A DNA stretch of 64,000 bases, from positions 32,001 through 96,000 of the forward strand of contig CAVWBU010000016.1 in assembly GCA_963753345.1 (NCBI GenBank), given 5' to 3'. Positions 29,355 through 39,938 of this stretch are shown piece after piece. The stretch's first letter is position 1; each line of letters starts with the position of its first letter. A model generated the notes under the pieces. It saw nothing but the letters and a program-made list of their open reading frames with translations, was not told the origin of the DNA and ran no database searches. The position numbers were made by a program, and so were the translations under genes. The stretch is from an uncultured Fibrobacterota bacterium (GTDB lineage Bacteria > Fibrobacterota > Chitinivibrionia > Chitinivibrionales > FEN-1185).

Positions 29355-31370
29355 CTATACTAAGTCCTCATCTTCCACCCACTTCTTCTTCTTCGCAACT
29401 CTCAAGAACGCCTCGACCACGTCCGGGTCGAATTCCGCGTTGATGCCGTCCTTGAGCCGCTTCACCGCTTCTTTCTTTCCGAGACTGGTCCGGTAGGGCC
29501 GGTTGGAGGTCATCGCCTCGAACGCGTCCGCGACGCGGATGATGCGTGCGCCGAGGGGAATCATTTCTCCCTTGAGACCGTCGGGATAACCGGTGCCGTC
29601 GAAGTTCTCGTGGTGGTAGAGAATCAGGCGGTGAAGATCCTGGAGAAACGGCACATCCTTGACGATGTTCGCGCCCAGCGACGAATGGGTCTTCATGATG
29701 CCGTTGAATTCCTCGTAGGTGAGCGATCCGTGTTTGTTAAGGATGTACCCGGGGATGCCGATCTTGCCGATGTCGTGGAGCAGGCCGGCGTCGCGGATGC
29801 TGTTCGCCTTCCTGCTCTCCAGACCCATCTCATGCGCTATTTCCTCGGCGATGTTCATCACGTTTTCCGAGTGGCCGTGGGTGTACGTGTCCTTTGCGTC
29901 GACCGCAATGGCAAGAGCCTTGATGGTGCGTATGTAATTTTCCTTCATGTCGTTGTAGAGCTTCGAATTGGTGAGCGCGATGCGCGTCTGGCTCACGATG
30001 CTCGAAAGCAGGGTGAGCTGCTCGTGTTTGTCCTGGATGTCCTTCATGGCGCCGAAGAACAGCCCGCCGTAATCGAACTGCTCCCCCACGATGGGGACCG
30101 CGTACTTGAACGCGAGCGGCATCACGATGTTCGGCGCGAATTCCATGGGCGGAACAAGCTGGCGGTACGTCACGCGCTTCTGCTGGACCCTGCTGTGGGT
30201 GGCGCGGTTAAACTCAAGGATGATTTCCGCGCAGACCTTTTCGGTGTCCTGCTGGCTGAGCGCGCCCCTCGACCAGTAGAGAAACTCGTGCGTGCGCTTC
30301 TGGACAATAAGGAATGCGATGACGTCGATGGGGAAATGCTTCTGGACCGTGGTGAACAGACACTTGATGACGTCGTTCTCGTCGACCAGCCCCATGAGCT
30401 GTTCCGAAAACGTGCTGATGAGCGACAGTTCGTCGAGTTTCTGCCGGATGGACGAGAGGAGATTGGCGTTGTTGATGGCGATGCTCGCCTGCGCGGCAAG
30501 CATGTTGATGAGATTGAGCTCAACCATGGAGAACTGCTCTTTGTTCCTCCCGCGGTTGAGGTTGACGACGCCGATCACATCATCGGACACCTTGAGCGGC
30601 ACCGAAAGCGACGAACCGATGTCCTGTCGGTTGAGCGAGAGCGACTCGTCCGGCAGCTTTTCATTTTCCGAAAGGAGGAGCGAGCGTCCGTGTTTGAGCA
30701 CCCATTTCGATATCGCCCATTCGTCCGCCTTGTCAAGTGACGACCGCACCTGGGTGAGCTGGATGCCTTTCTGGCGCACGATGACGATCTCGTTTGCCTC
30801 CTTGGACACCAGCTGTATGGATCCGGTCTCGGCCTTCGAGACGCTCAGACAGTAATGAAACGTGATGTCGAGCAGCTCTTCCAGATCGTGGGTGCCGGTG
30901 AGCTTGTTTGTTATTTCGTGCAGCGACACGAGCTGCGAAAGGAGCGTGTTCTCGTGCACGAGTTTCGTCGTCTGCAGCGCGCGCGTCACCTTCTGCCGCA
31001 GCGTGTCCAGCTCGAACGGCTTTATGATGTAATCGAACGCGCCGCTCTGAATGGCCTCGATCGCGGTGTTGATGTCGGGATGCGCGGTGGTGACGATGAC
31101 CGGAACGTTGGCCCCGTTTTTCCGCGTCCTGCTGAGGAACTGCATGCCGTCCATGACCGGCATGTGGATGTCGAGGATCACGAGATGCGGTCTGAGTTCT
31201 TCGTAGATCTCAACGGCCTGAAGACCGTTGAAGGCCAGCACCGTCTTGTAGCCGAGCCCGGAAAAAAATTTGGAAAGCGCGTTGCAGAGCGTGTGGTCGT
31301 CGTCGACTATCAGAATCAGGTATTCTTCACCGGTGTCCATGGGTAACGGCTCTTTGTCAAGCTTCATCAT
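29355..31370 (-). CDS. Response regulator with GAF and HD-GYP (cyclic di-GMP phosphodiesterase) domains
   Basis: ILIVDDD, LDIHMP..DG, KPF; GAF region; HDIGKIG; HHENFDGTGYP; RPYR. Confidence 0.92.
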   Translation of the reverse strand: MMKLDKEPLPMDTGEEYLILIVDDDHTLCNALSKFFSGLGYKTVLAFNGLQAVEIYEELRPHLVILDIHMPVMDGMQFLSRTRKNGANVPVIVTTAHPDINTAIEAIQSGAFDYIIKPFELDTLRQKVTRALQTTKLVHENTLLSQLVSLHEITNKLTGTHDLEELLDITFHYCLSVSKAETGSIQLVSKEANEIVIVRQKGIQLTQVRSSLDKADEWAISKWVLKHGRSLLLSENEKLPDESLSLNRQDIGSSLSVPLKVSDDVIGVVNLNRGRNKEQFSMVELNLINMLAAQASIAINNANLLSSIRQKLDELSLISTFSEQLMGLVDENDVIKCLFTTVQKHFPIDVIAFLIVQKRTHEFLYWSRGALSQQDTEKVCAEIILEFNRATHSRVQQKRVTYRQLVPPMEFAPNIVMPLAFKYAVPIVGEQFDYGGLFFGAMKDIQDKHEQLTLLSSIVSQTRIALTNSKLYNDMKENYIRTIKALAIAVDAKDTYTHGHSENVMNIAEEIAHEMGLESRKANSIRDAGLLHDIGKIGIPGYILNKHGSLTYEEFNGIMKTHSSLGANIVKDVPFLQDLHRLILYHHENFDGTGYPDGLKGEMIPLGARIIRVADAFEAMTSNRPYRTSLGKKEAVKRLKDGINAEFDPDVVEAFLRVAKKKKWVEDEDLV

Positions 31371-31455
31371 CAAGGGTGCCGCAGGATCCGGGCGAAAAGA
31401 CCGCGAACACCGGGGTGACCTGAAAAACGGAATCGCTGCATTTCAGTATACAATC

Positions 31456-32550
31456 TTAGTGCCGATATGTCACGCTCAATTGATACGTGGGCGCGAGTTC
31501 GTGAGTGAGACATGCAAAGTCGAGCGCCACCTGTTTCTTGAACAGGGCGATTCCGCACCCGAACGTCCACGCATTGACCATGCTGTGGCCCACGCGCACG
31601 GCGACAACATCCATGATCCGGTATTCGAGCCCCACGTTCCCGCTTAAGAGAAACCACCACGGATCGTTCTGGAGTTTGGGTACATCGGGTTCGTCGGTGG
31701 GCACCGGCAGGTTCTGCTCCGAAGCGGTTGCGCTGTCCAGCCCTCCGAAAACGGAAGACGAGTTTATCGACGTGGCGCCCTGGTTCGAAAGCATATCGAG
31801 GGTCTTGTAGTTGATCTTTATGTGGCCGTATATGTAGGGTATGTCCTTTTCCCATCCGAGACCCAGAAAGAGATGAGGATAGGCTTTTTCGGAATAGGCG
31901 GCGCTCCACCTCGTGTACTGGGAGGTGATGTTCTCACAAAGCAAGCCGAGCCTGATCTCCGGACGCGGGAAATCGAGCAGCATCCCCGCATCGAGGCCCA
32001 TGCCGTAACCCCGGTATTCCCCGAAGGGAAGGGCGTGGCGCACCGCGTTGAGCGCCGCCCCGAGTCCTAGTTCGAAACGGCGTGAGAAAGGGAACGCGCG
32101 GCCGTAGGCGGCGTGAAACGCGAGGATCGACTCGGTTGAATACGTAAAGCGCGTCGGGTCCCACACCGGCGTGCCGTCGGAAGCCACGTCGAGGTTCTGC
32201 GTTCCGGGTATTCCCGGATCGTAAAGGTAGCTCAGCGAAACGCCGAATCCCGATACGCGATCGATGACGCCGGCGTACGAGAGGATCGATGTGCTGAACG
32301 TGTTCTGATAGTAGGATGCGTACGAGAGCGTGAGGTCGTTCGCGGAATCGAACGGGGCGGCGGCCGCATTCGACTCGCTTGCGCCGTCCCTTGTAAACAC
32401 AATGTCCGACGCGCCCAAAGAAGCCCCCCGCGGAAGAACGAACATTTCCCGCGTATTGTCGGAATAGTAGTTCCAGTCGGCCCCTAAAACGGACGTGACC
32501 CCAAGAATCATAACCATGATGAGGTTAAGCGCCAATCTGCTGTAATTCAT
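31456..32550 (-). CDS. PorV/PorQ-like outer-membrane beta-barrel protein
   Basis: Signal peptide; PRGASLG start; alternating beta-strand pattern (GMGLDAGML, VGLEYR, VRVG); ends in LSVTYRH. Confidence 0.65.
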   Translation of the reverse strand: MNYSRLALNLIMVMILGVTSVLGADWNYYSDNTREMFVLPRGASLGASDIVFTRDGASESNAAAAPFDSANDLTLSYASYYQNTFSTSILSYAGVIDRVSGFGVSLSYLYDPGIPGTQNLDVASDGTPVWDPTRFTYSTESILAFHAAYGRAFPFSRRFELGLGAALNAVRHALPFGEYRGYGMGLDAGMLLDFPRPEIRLGLLCENITSQYTRWSAAYSEKAYPHLFLGLGWEKDIPYIYGHIKINYKTLDMLSNQGATSINSSSVFGGLDSATASEQNLPVPTDEPDVPKLQNDPWWFLLSGNVGLEYRIMDVVAVRVGHSMVNAWTFGCGIALFKKQVALDFACLTHELAPTYQLSVTYRH

Positions 32551-32774
32551 ATGATATTTACGGATAGACACTAACGATTATTTTCGTTTGCCAAAAGAAA
32601 ACCTCGCGCAGGGACCGCGTTTTTTCGCGTTTCTTTGCGGATGAAAATAGTTTATTCGTCACGGGTTGTGGGCGCAGTAATTATGCGGAACGCCAAACGC
32701 GCGGCGGAAAACAGCAGGCGGGAACCAAACTCCTTGAATTGAACGCTTTCACTCTTCTATATTCTATGCTCGAT

Positions 32775-32848
32775 GGGCGTATGGCTCAGCTGGTTAAAGC
32801 GCTGCGTTCACATCGCAGAGATCCCTGGTTCGAATCCAGGTGCGCCCA
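32775..32848 (+). tRNA. tRNA-Val(CAC), CCA not encoded
   Basis: Acceptor stem GGGCGTA/TGCGCCC; D arm GCTCAGCTGGTTAAAGC; anticodon arm CTGCG-TTCACAT-CGCAG; T arm CCTGG-TTCGAAT-CCAGG. Confidence 0.96.
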
Positions 32849-32920
32849 CGTTCGTTTTGTGCCGCCCGTTGCGGCCCGTCACGTGCCACCTCCTCGAATG
32901 CAGACCGGCAACATCATACC

Positions 32921-34363
32921 ATGATACGCATTTTTTCCGCACTCGTCTGCATCCTCGCCGCCGGTTTTTTCCTGCACGTCAACTCCGCCGCCGATTCTTC
33001 GTGCATCACCATCGACTCGCCGCGCCAGGGCATGGTCATCACAACCCCCCTGTGCACCGTTGCGGTCACGGCCTGCGACCGGGTGAGCGCCATCAGCTTC
33101 GCCGCGCATTTCCTCGCCGCCGGCGGCGCGGGCGACACGTCCCTCTTTCTCGGGCGGATCACCCACCCTCCGTTCAAGCTCATCTGGAACACCGACGCCG
33201 TGCCCAACCAGCTTTACAAAGGAATGTCGTTTTCCGTAGACGCCGTTCTCCGGGGCGGCGAGCGGATTTCCCCTACGGTAAGCGGCGTGTTTCTCGCCAA
33301 CAAACCGGCCGTCACACCCCTCGCCACCATACCTTGGTCGTCAAGCGACGGATACCCGCTGTTCGCCAGGACCATGTCCGACGGCCGCGGTCCTCTCGGC
33401 ATCCACGTGTCCGCCTGGTGGAACCGCGACGGCATCCGGTTTATCGCACGGGCCGAGGCGCCTGCCGTTTTCAAGCCCGGCATGAAGGAGAAACTCGGCG
33501 ACGCAGGGATTGAAATCTGCATCGACCCGCGACTTTCGCGCAACCCCTTTCCCCCGCCGGATGCGTTTTCGCTGGTGTTTCCGCTGGCCGGGAAACCCTT
33601 TACAACACGCTATCGTCCCCTGCAGGGACCCCAAGGTTCCTTCGACATCGCAACAACCAAAGAACCGTGCGAATGTCCGTTCGAAATCACCATGGACAAC
33701 CGCAAGGGATTCACCGCCTCCGTCCTGGTCCCGGCATCGCTGTTCGGTTCGTATCTTCCCGATTCCTTCGGGTGCAACGTGATCGCCCGTCTGCCCGGCG
33801 ACAACGACCAGATCGTGCGGCTCTCCTGGATTGACGCGCCGTCATTCATGGCGTTCAGCCCGTTTGTGTGGGCATCCGTGGTACGACTCGAGGGGCCTTT
33901 ATACGGCGACATTCCCGTGCTCGGGCTTCTGTCCTTTGGCGCGGGGCTCGCTCTGGCGCTTGTGGTGGGGCTTGTGGTGCGGTTCATGCGGAGACGGTCG
34001 CTGTCCTTTGCCGAATTCGAGCAGTCGGAGGAAGAGAAGACCATGTCAGACCAGATCTACCAGGTGATTGACGAAACGGTGACAACCAGCGGCCTCACCC
34101 TTGCACAGGTTGCGGAAAAACTCGGCATGCCGCCCCGCAGGGTGGAGAAGCTCATTCGGAAACACAAGGGCAAAACGTTCAGGGAATTCATCCTGTTTCT
34201 TCGCACGGAGATCGCCAAGGAGCGCCTCCGCTCGTCACATTCGAATGCGCCCTCGATAGCCGAATCGTGCGGGTTCAAGAACGTTGCGGAGATGGAGAAA
34301 TGCTTCAAGAAATTCTGCCGGACCACGCCGGCCCGCTTCCGGAGGGAAAACCAGGTGACGTGA
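32921..34363 (+). CDS. Membrane-spanning AraC-family regulator with a large extracytoplasmic domain
   Basis: Signal peptide; beta-rich domain; one TM segment; C-terminal LTLAQVAEKLG...IAESCGF...FKKFCRTTPARFR. Confidence 0.85.
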   Translation: MIRIFSALVCILAAGFFLHVNSAADSSCITIDSPRQGMVITTPLCTVAVTACDRVSAISFAAHFLAAGGAGDTSLFLGRITHPPFKLIWNTDAVPNQLYKGMSFSVDAVLRGGERISPTVSGVFLANKPAVTPLATIPWSSSDGYPLFARTMSDGRGPLGIHVSAWWNRDGIRFIARAEAPAVFKPGMKEKLGDAGIEICIDPRLSRNPFPPPDAFSLVFPLAGKPFTTRYRPLQGPQGSFDIATTKEPCECPFEITMDNRKGFTASVLVPASLFGSYLPDSFGCNVIARLPGDNDQIVRLSWIDAPSFMAFSPFVWASVVRLEGPLYGDIPVLGLLSFGAGLALALVVGLVVRFMRRRSLSFAEFEQSEEEKTMSDQIYQVIDETVTTSGLTLAQVAEKLGMPPRRVEKLIRKHKGKTFREFILFLRTEIAKERLRSSHSNAPSIAESCGFKNVAEMEKCFKKFCRTTPARFRRENQVT

Positions 34364-34375
34364 CGCCTGCGGCGC

Positions 34376-36472
34376 CTACTCGATGCGCTGTTTGCGGGAA
34401 ACGGGGCCTTTTTTCGAAGAGTAAAGGGCTTTCTGAATTTCGAGATCGAGCTGGTTTTTGTCGTACGGTTTTGTGATCCACTTCCAGATCTTGAGCTCCT
34501 CCACGGCCTTCTCTTCGGCCGGATACCCCGACACCACGATTACAATAAGCGCCGGTTTGATTCCGCGCAGCCGGCCGATAGCCTCGTGAGGATCGTCGGT
34601 GCCCAGCTTCCAGTCCATCACGACGACTTCGCATTCGTCAATATGCTTCTGCAGTTCGCGCGCCCCTTCGTCGAGCGTCGACGCCTCGCACACCGAATAC
34701 TTGAACTCTTTCATGAAGAACCTGAGGATGGCGCGTATCTTGGGATCGTCGTCGAGCAACAGCACCATGGTGGGCGTGCGGTTGAGCATCACCACGGTGG
34801 TGTCGTGGTCCACGGCGCCGCCTTCGCTTTCCGGTATTTCGATCCTGAACGTCGTGCCGTGGCTGTCGGTCTTCTCGACGGCTATCCGGCCGTTGTGGAG
34901 CGACACGATCCGCTGGACAAGCGCGAGCCCCAGACCGGTGCCCTTGCCGGGTTTCTTTGTTGTAAAGAACGGGTCGAACACCTTCTCGATGATGTCGTGC
35001 GGGATGCCGGTGCCGGTGTCGGCGACCCGGATGACGGCCGTGCCGAGTGTGCCGTCGGCGCCCTCGCGAAAGCATTCGACGGTGATGGTGCCGCCTTCGG
35101 GCATGGCGTCGCGCGAATTGCCGATAAGGTTCTGGAATATCCGTTTGAAGTAGCCGGCGTCCCCCTGGATCCACAGCGGTTCGTCGGGCACCTTGAGCGC
35201 GACCTCAAACTGCGCACCGAGCTGCGCGCCGTACAGGGGAATTATTTCCTCGAAAAATTTCTGCAGGTGTATCGACTGGTAGTCGAGGAGCTTTTTCTTG
35301 CCGAGCGCCAGCAGCTCGGAGATAAGGATTCTCGCTTCGACAAGCGTCTCCGAGACCACCTCCATTCGCGTCTTCGTTTCGGCCTCGTCCGTGTCCTTTT
35401 CCACCAGCTGCGTGATGTCGCCGATGGTCTGAAGGATGTTGTTGAAGTCGTGCGCCATGCCGCTTGCCAGCGTTCCCAGCGATTCCATCTTCTGGTACTG
35501 GTGGAGGCGGCTCACCATTTCTTCGCGCTGGGCAAGCGCGAGTTCGCGGTCGCTCACGTCGGCCATGATGCCCTCGTACACAATCCCCTTGTCGTCTTCC
35601 TCGCGCGGCTGAAGAACGCAGTCAACATACTTTGTCCGGCCGTTAAAGTCCTTTATCTGCATGGTGCTCTTGAACTCCGTCTTGTCAAGTTTGAGATTTT
35701 CCGGCTTCACGCAATAGTCGAAGATGCTCCTTCCGGGCACCACCTTGGCCGGCAGCCCGAGCAAGGCGTAGGCGGTGTTGTTTGCCCACAAAAACCGTCC
35801 CCGTTCGTCGACGGTGAAGAGCATTTCCGGAAGCCGGTGCACGAGGTTCTGGTACCGAAGCTCGGAAGTGATCACCTTGCTGATGGTGGTGAAGTTCTTG
35901 CGGGAAGTGATCCCCGCAACCGTTGCGACGGCAAGCAGAAGCGCAACGCGGACCGTCATGTCGGAAATCCATGAATCCTGCGGCATGGCCTTGTGGTAAA
36001 CCGCGAACACATAATAAGCGGCATAGCATGCGGCGGACAACATGCCGCTGAAGATGGAGAGGCTCAGCTTGTTGTGAAGAGCGGTGAATATGATCGCGAT
36101 GAAATACACGCCGAACAGGGAACTCCGGTACGCAAGCGACTGCATCCCCATGAACGAATACGCCCACAGCGACGCGGTCAGAACGGCAACGTCGAGGCCG
36201 ACCAGGATGAACGACGAGAACGTGCGCGCCCGCGCCGTGCTGTACCGGGTGAGGTAGAACCCGCTGTAGCCGAGCAGCACAAGCACGGCCGCCATCTGCA
36301 CCGTGAACGCCTTTACCGAAAGTTCGTCAATGGTGTAGCAGTACAAGGCAAGGAACGAGTAGCCCAGCGCTATGGCGAGCCGGATCCACGAACTCCATCG
36401 CTCGGACTCTATCTCCGCCATGAGAATCGTCTGGGTCTTGCCGAGAAAATTCTTCTGGGTTTCTATTGCCAT
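34376..36472 (-). CDS. Hybrid sensor histidine kinase (TM, PAS, HisKA, HATPase, REC)
   Basis: GMAHDFNN; NLIGNSRDAM; DTGTGI; FDPFFTTK; GTGLGL; C-terminal LLLDDD receiver domain. Confidence 0.93.
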   Translation of the reverse strand: MAIETQKNFLGKTQTILMAEIESERWSSWIRLAIALGYSFLALYCYTIDELSVKAFTVQMAAVLVLLGYSGFYLTRYSTARARTFSSFILVGLDVAVLTASLWAYSFMGMQSLAYRSSLFGVYFIAIIFTALHNKLSLSIFSGMLSAACYAAYYVFAVYHKAMPQDSWISDMTVRVALLLAVATVAGITSRKNFTTISKVITSELRYQNLVHRLPEMLFTVDERGRFLWANNTAYALLGLPAKVVPGRSIFDYCVKPENLKLDKTEFKSTMQIKDFNGRTKYVDCVLQPREEDDKGIVYEGIMADVSDRELALAQREEMVSRLHQYQKMESLGTLASGMAHDFNNILQTIGDITQLVEKDTDEAETKTRMEVVSETLVEARILISELLALGKKKLLDYQSIHLQKFFEEIIPLYGAQLGAQFEVALKVPDEPLWIQGDAGYFKRIFQNLIGNSRDAMPEGGTITVECFREGADGTLGTAVIRVADTGTGIPHDIIEKVFDPFFTTKKPGKGTGLGLALVQRIVSLHNGRIAVEKTDSHGTTFRIEIPESEGGAVDHDTTVVMLNRTPTMVLLLDDDPKIRAILRFFMKEFKYSVCEASTLDEGARELQKHIDECEVVVMDWKLGTDDPHEAIGRLRGIKPALIVIVVSGYPAEEKAVEELKIWKWITKPYDKNQLDLEIQKALYSSKKGPVSRKQRIE

Positions 36473-36643
36473 GCGTCAACTCCACGGATGCGTGCCGGCA
36501 CGCAGGAGAGGTTTGTCCGAATCAAGTATATTCGGATCAGGCCGTTGTGTTACATTTTACTATCAGGAGACGGGGAATTCCACACTTTTTGCGGCAGCGC
36601 GGCCGACCGCTTTTGGTCCCCGGAACGCTTACCGCGGAACACT

Positions 36644-37966
36644 ATGTCCTTTCGTGCGCTCGTCATTAATCCGTGGGTCGTCGATTTCAAGCTGTACGAC
36701 GAATGGATGCATCCCGTCGGGCTGTATTTCCTCATCGCCCTGCTCAGGCGCGGCGGCGCCGATGTCCGGTATGTAAACTGCCTTGACCGCCCGGGGAACG
36801 CGGGCGCGCGGCCCAACGGCACGGGGAGTTTCCCCGCCCGCACCTTTCCGAAACCGGCGCTTTACAAAAATGTAAAGCGCCGCTACAAGCTGTACGGCAT
36901 TCCGGAAGACGAACTGACCTCACGGCTCGCCTCACTTGCGGCGCCCGACGCCGTGTTCGTGGGCAGTTCCATGACGTACTGGCTGCCGGGCCTTGCGGAG
37001 ACCGTCCGGTTGGTGAAGAGCGTGTATCCGCGGGCGCCGGTTGTTGTGGGCGGAACCTCGGCGCAGCTGATCCCCGCCGCGGTTCACAACGCCTGTCCCG
37101 GCGCTCACCTCTTTCGCGGCACGCTGTTCGATCGACCGGCTATAAGGGCATCCGGAATTCCCCTTTTGTCATCCCTTCCGGCGCTCACGCCCGCCGATTC
37201 TCTGGTTCCGGCTTTTGAACTCCTCGCGCATCCTTGCCACGGCCCGGCGCTCGCTTCCCTGGGCTGCCCGTATTCCTGTTCCTACTGCGCCTCCCCTCTT
37301 CTGCACCGTGGCTATGTTTCCCGGCCTGAAGCGGTTGTTACGGAAGAGCTTGCGTTTTTGCAGGAACGCTTCGGCGTGGAAAATTTCGCGTGGTACGACG
37401 ATGCGCTTTTGTACGACAGGGGCCGGCATTTTCTCGGCCTTTCTCACGCAATGGAACGAGCCGGCATCCACGCTTCATTTCACGCACCGAACGGCCTGCA
37501 CGTCCGGTGGATCACGCCCGAGGTGCTTGACGCAATGAAACACGCGGGTTTCCGGACCCTGCGGTTCGGCTACGAAAGCGGCGCCGCGGCGTTTCGCCGT
37601 GACACGGGCGGAAAAACCACCGCCAGTGATCTGGCCGCCGCGGTGCTGCTCGCACGCAGAGCGGGCTTTGCGGGAACCGACGTCGGCGTCTACCTCATGG
37701 CGGGACTTCCCGGCCAGACTCCCGCCGACGTCGCGTCCGAGATCAAATTCGTCGCGTCTCTTTCTGTGAAGGCAAAGCCGGTGTTCCTCTCCCCCGTGCC
37801 CGGCACGCCGCTGTTCGAGCGCCATGCCGCGACGTTTCCGATTCTGCGACAGACGCCGCTCTCCCAGAACGACACGTTCTTCATCACGCTGCTTCCGGGC
37901 TGGGACGCGGAATCGGTGCAGCGGATAATGGACTTGGCAAAGGCTGAAAACGCCGCGGTGGCCTGA
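36644..37966 (+). CDS. B12-binding radical SAM protein
   Basis: GCPYSCSYC motif; N-terminal cobalamin-binding-like domain (VVVGG); YDD; PNGLH; GYES; PVPGTPL. Confidence 0.88.
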   Translation: MSFRALVINPWVVDFKLYDEWMHPVGLYFLIALLRRGGADVRYVNCLDRPGNAGARPNGTGSFPARTFPKPALYKNVKRRYKLYGIPEDELTSRLASLAAPDAVFVGSSMTYWLPGLAETVRLVKSVYPRAPVVVGGTSAQLIPAAVHNACPGAHLFRGTLFDRPAIRASGIPLLSSLPALTPADSLVPAFELLAHPCHGPALASLGCPYSCSYCASPLLHRGYVSRPEAVVTEELAFLQERFGVENFAWYDDALLYDRGRHFLGLSHAMERAGIHASFHAPNGLHVRWITPEVLDAMKHAGFRTLRFGYESGAAAFRRDTGGKTTASDLAAAVLLARRAGFAGTDVGVYLMAGLPGQTPADVASEIKFVASLSVKAKPVFLSPVPGTPLFERHAATFPILRQTPLSQNDTFFITLLPGWDAESVQRIMDLAKAENAAVA

Positions 37967-38019
37967 CCGCGCGGCTGCGCAACGCCGGTTCGGGGATATC
38001 AATTATTTTGCGCGTACCC

Positions 38020-38775
38020 ATGGTCTGCAGAACACACCACCTTCTTATCGTGCTGCTTGCGCTTTCGGCGGCGGAAGGCACGGTGCGCCCGCCGGGCCGC
38101 CTCCCTGCCTTCGACTACGGATTCGTGGAATCTCTCGTGCACACCGGCGCGGCCAATCATGTGGAATTCCAGCAGCTGTCGGACACGCCCGTGGTGTACC
38201 GCGCCTGGGGCGTCTGGAACCTTGCGCATCCTGCAAAGGCGGTCGCCGCCGTGGCACTCGACTTCGGACGCTACGACCAGGTATTCCGCTATGTCTACCG
38301 GTGCGCCCGCATTGCCGACCCCCGAGGCCGGGTCCGCGGCGGCTTGGGTACCTGGTACGTGGAGGGAAGGGCCGCCATTGCGCGCGTGTGGAGCATCGGC
38401 GCCATCGACACCATTGCCTGGCCCGACTCCTCACATCTCCGGTTTTTTGCAAGCCAGAATGAAGACGATGCGCTCGAAATCAAATGGGCACGGCAGCTTC
38501 CGGGGTGGATCAACTACAGGACCCGCGGCGTGCGTCTCGCTGCGTTCATCGCCGCGGCAGGCCCCGATTCGTGCAGGGTCGGCATCATCGCTCAGGGATG
38601 GGTGTGGCAGGCCATGCCGCAATGGCTCATCAACCTTGCTTCCGGCATCATCCTGCCGCGGCTGCTTTCCGATCTTGACAAAGAGGTAGTCCGGCAGATA
38701 GACGGGAAGCCGGCCGCCGCACCGGCGTGGTATAAATCATGGTACCGCGCAGTGCGGAGATTTTTTATTTTCTAG
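38020..38775 (+). CDS. Exported hypothetical protein (possible START/SRPBCC fold)
   Basis: Signal peptide; MPQWLIN near the C-terminus, typical of START-like folds. Confidence 0.55.
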   Translation: MVCRTHHLLIVLLALSAAEGTVRPPGRLPAFDYGFVESLVHTGAANHVEFQQLSDTPVVYRAWGVWNLAHPAKAVAAVALDFGRYDQVFRYVYRCARIADPRGRVRGGLGTWYVEGRAAIARVWSIGAIDTIAWPDSSHLRFFASQNEDDALEIKWARQLPGWINYRTRGVRLAAFIAAAGPDSCRVGIIAQGWVWQAMPQWLINLASGIILPRLLSDLDKEVVRQIDGKPAAAPAWYKSWYRAVRRFFIF

Positions 38776-39308
38776 CGGCGGTCCGGGCTGCGTACGGTCT
38801 TGACGTGCTGCGCCCTCACTTTTTCAAGAAATTCGAGAAACGCCGGCTCCCGATAATCCGGAAACGTCCAGGAAAAAAAACGGTACTTCCCCTTCCGGTA
38901 GTGGAGCGTGACCTCCGCGAAAATCCCCTGCGACAGGTACATGCGGTGATAGAAGTCCTTGGTGCTTGCGAGCACGAGTTTGTCGGCCGCCACGTACCCG
39001 GGGTCAAGGTTCACCGTGCGCCTGCCGGACACGGCGTATTGGCGCTCCAGTTCGTTGGTGAAAACTTTGATCCCGGCCAGTGCCTCACGGTCTATCGCGG
39101 TTTCAAACGTCAAGTACGATTTGACAAGCCCCTCGCCCATTTCTTCGCGGTAATAGTCGGTGAAGCCGAAGGGAACCGGACCATAGGAGAACTCGACGGG
39201 CCCGAACGACCTCACCAGCGCGGCGGTCACGTCGCCGCTGCCGGTCTCCGGCCTGCCGGTGACCGCAACAAGCAGTCTCACCTTGTTCGGGATTGTCGGC
39301 TCCCCCAC
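38772..39308 (-). CDS. DUF4416 family protein
   Basis: TDYYREEMG; RTVNLDPGY; VLASTKDFYHRMYL; WTFPDY. Confidence 0.88.
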   Translation of the reverse strand: MGEPTIPNKVRLLVAVTGRPETGSGDVTAALVRSFGPVEFSYGPVPFGFTDYYREEMGEGLVKSYLTFETAIDREALAGIKVFTNELERQYAVSGRRTVNLDPGYVAADKLVLASTKDFYHRMYLSQGIFAEVTLHYRKGKYRFFSWTFPDYREPAFLEFLEKVRAQHVKTVRSPDRR

Positions 39309-39449
39309 GATTTTCCCCTTATTCCGGCCGGTTCATGTCGGCGACACAGAGAATATATACGCCGGATTTCCAAAAAGGAAACCGATTTTGTTTTTTCCCG
39401 CTCTGTGCAAATACGATTTTATAACCGTGGAAAGCACGGAGGACGCCGT

Positions 39450-39791
39450 ATGCAGTTCATTCTGACCTCGCTGGAAAAAAACGGCTGCTTCATTTTTTAT
39501 CTGAGCGGCGACCTTGATTACGAAGGCGCCCACAGGCTCCGGGATGCATTCGTCGAGCGCCTCGGCCTCGGCAGGAAATGTTTCCTGCTCAACATGGAGG
39601 GCCTCAAGATCATCGCGAGCTACTCCTTGTCAACAATTCTCAAGATGTCGTATCTCGCAAAGAAGGCCGATGCGACCCTGGCGATCGTGTGCCCCGCGGG
39701 AAACGTGTGGGACGTGTTTTACGTTCTTGAAATCGGAAAAGTGATCCCGCTGTTTCCATCGGAAGATGCGTTCTGGGAAAACGCAACGTAG
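39450..39791 (+). CDS. STAS domain protein (anti-sigma factor antagonist-like)
   Basis: GGAGG RBS; LSGDLD; LLNMEGLKII; 113 aa. Confidence 0.8.
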   Translation: MQFILTSLEKNGCFIFYLSGDLDYEGAHRLRDAFVERLGLGRKCFLLNMEGLKIIASYSLSTILKMSYLAKKADATLAIVCPAGNVWDVFYVLEIGKVIPLFPSEDAFWENAT

Positions 39792-39938
39792 ACGCTTCTC
39801 CACGCCGGACCGCTCGGGTTTTGTCTTGACTTCATTTTGCTCTGGACGTACTTTAAATTTTTCTAAAATTTCCGCACCGCCTGCCGCGGCGCGGGGGCTC
39901 GCATTTTCTCTCACCTCAAGGATCAAAGGACAACCGTA

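Noticed and set aside
32775-32920. tRNA-Val as an integration site
   Set aside because: No duplicated tRNA 3' end noticed, no integrase, and flanking composition is host-like.
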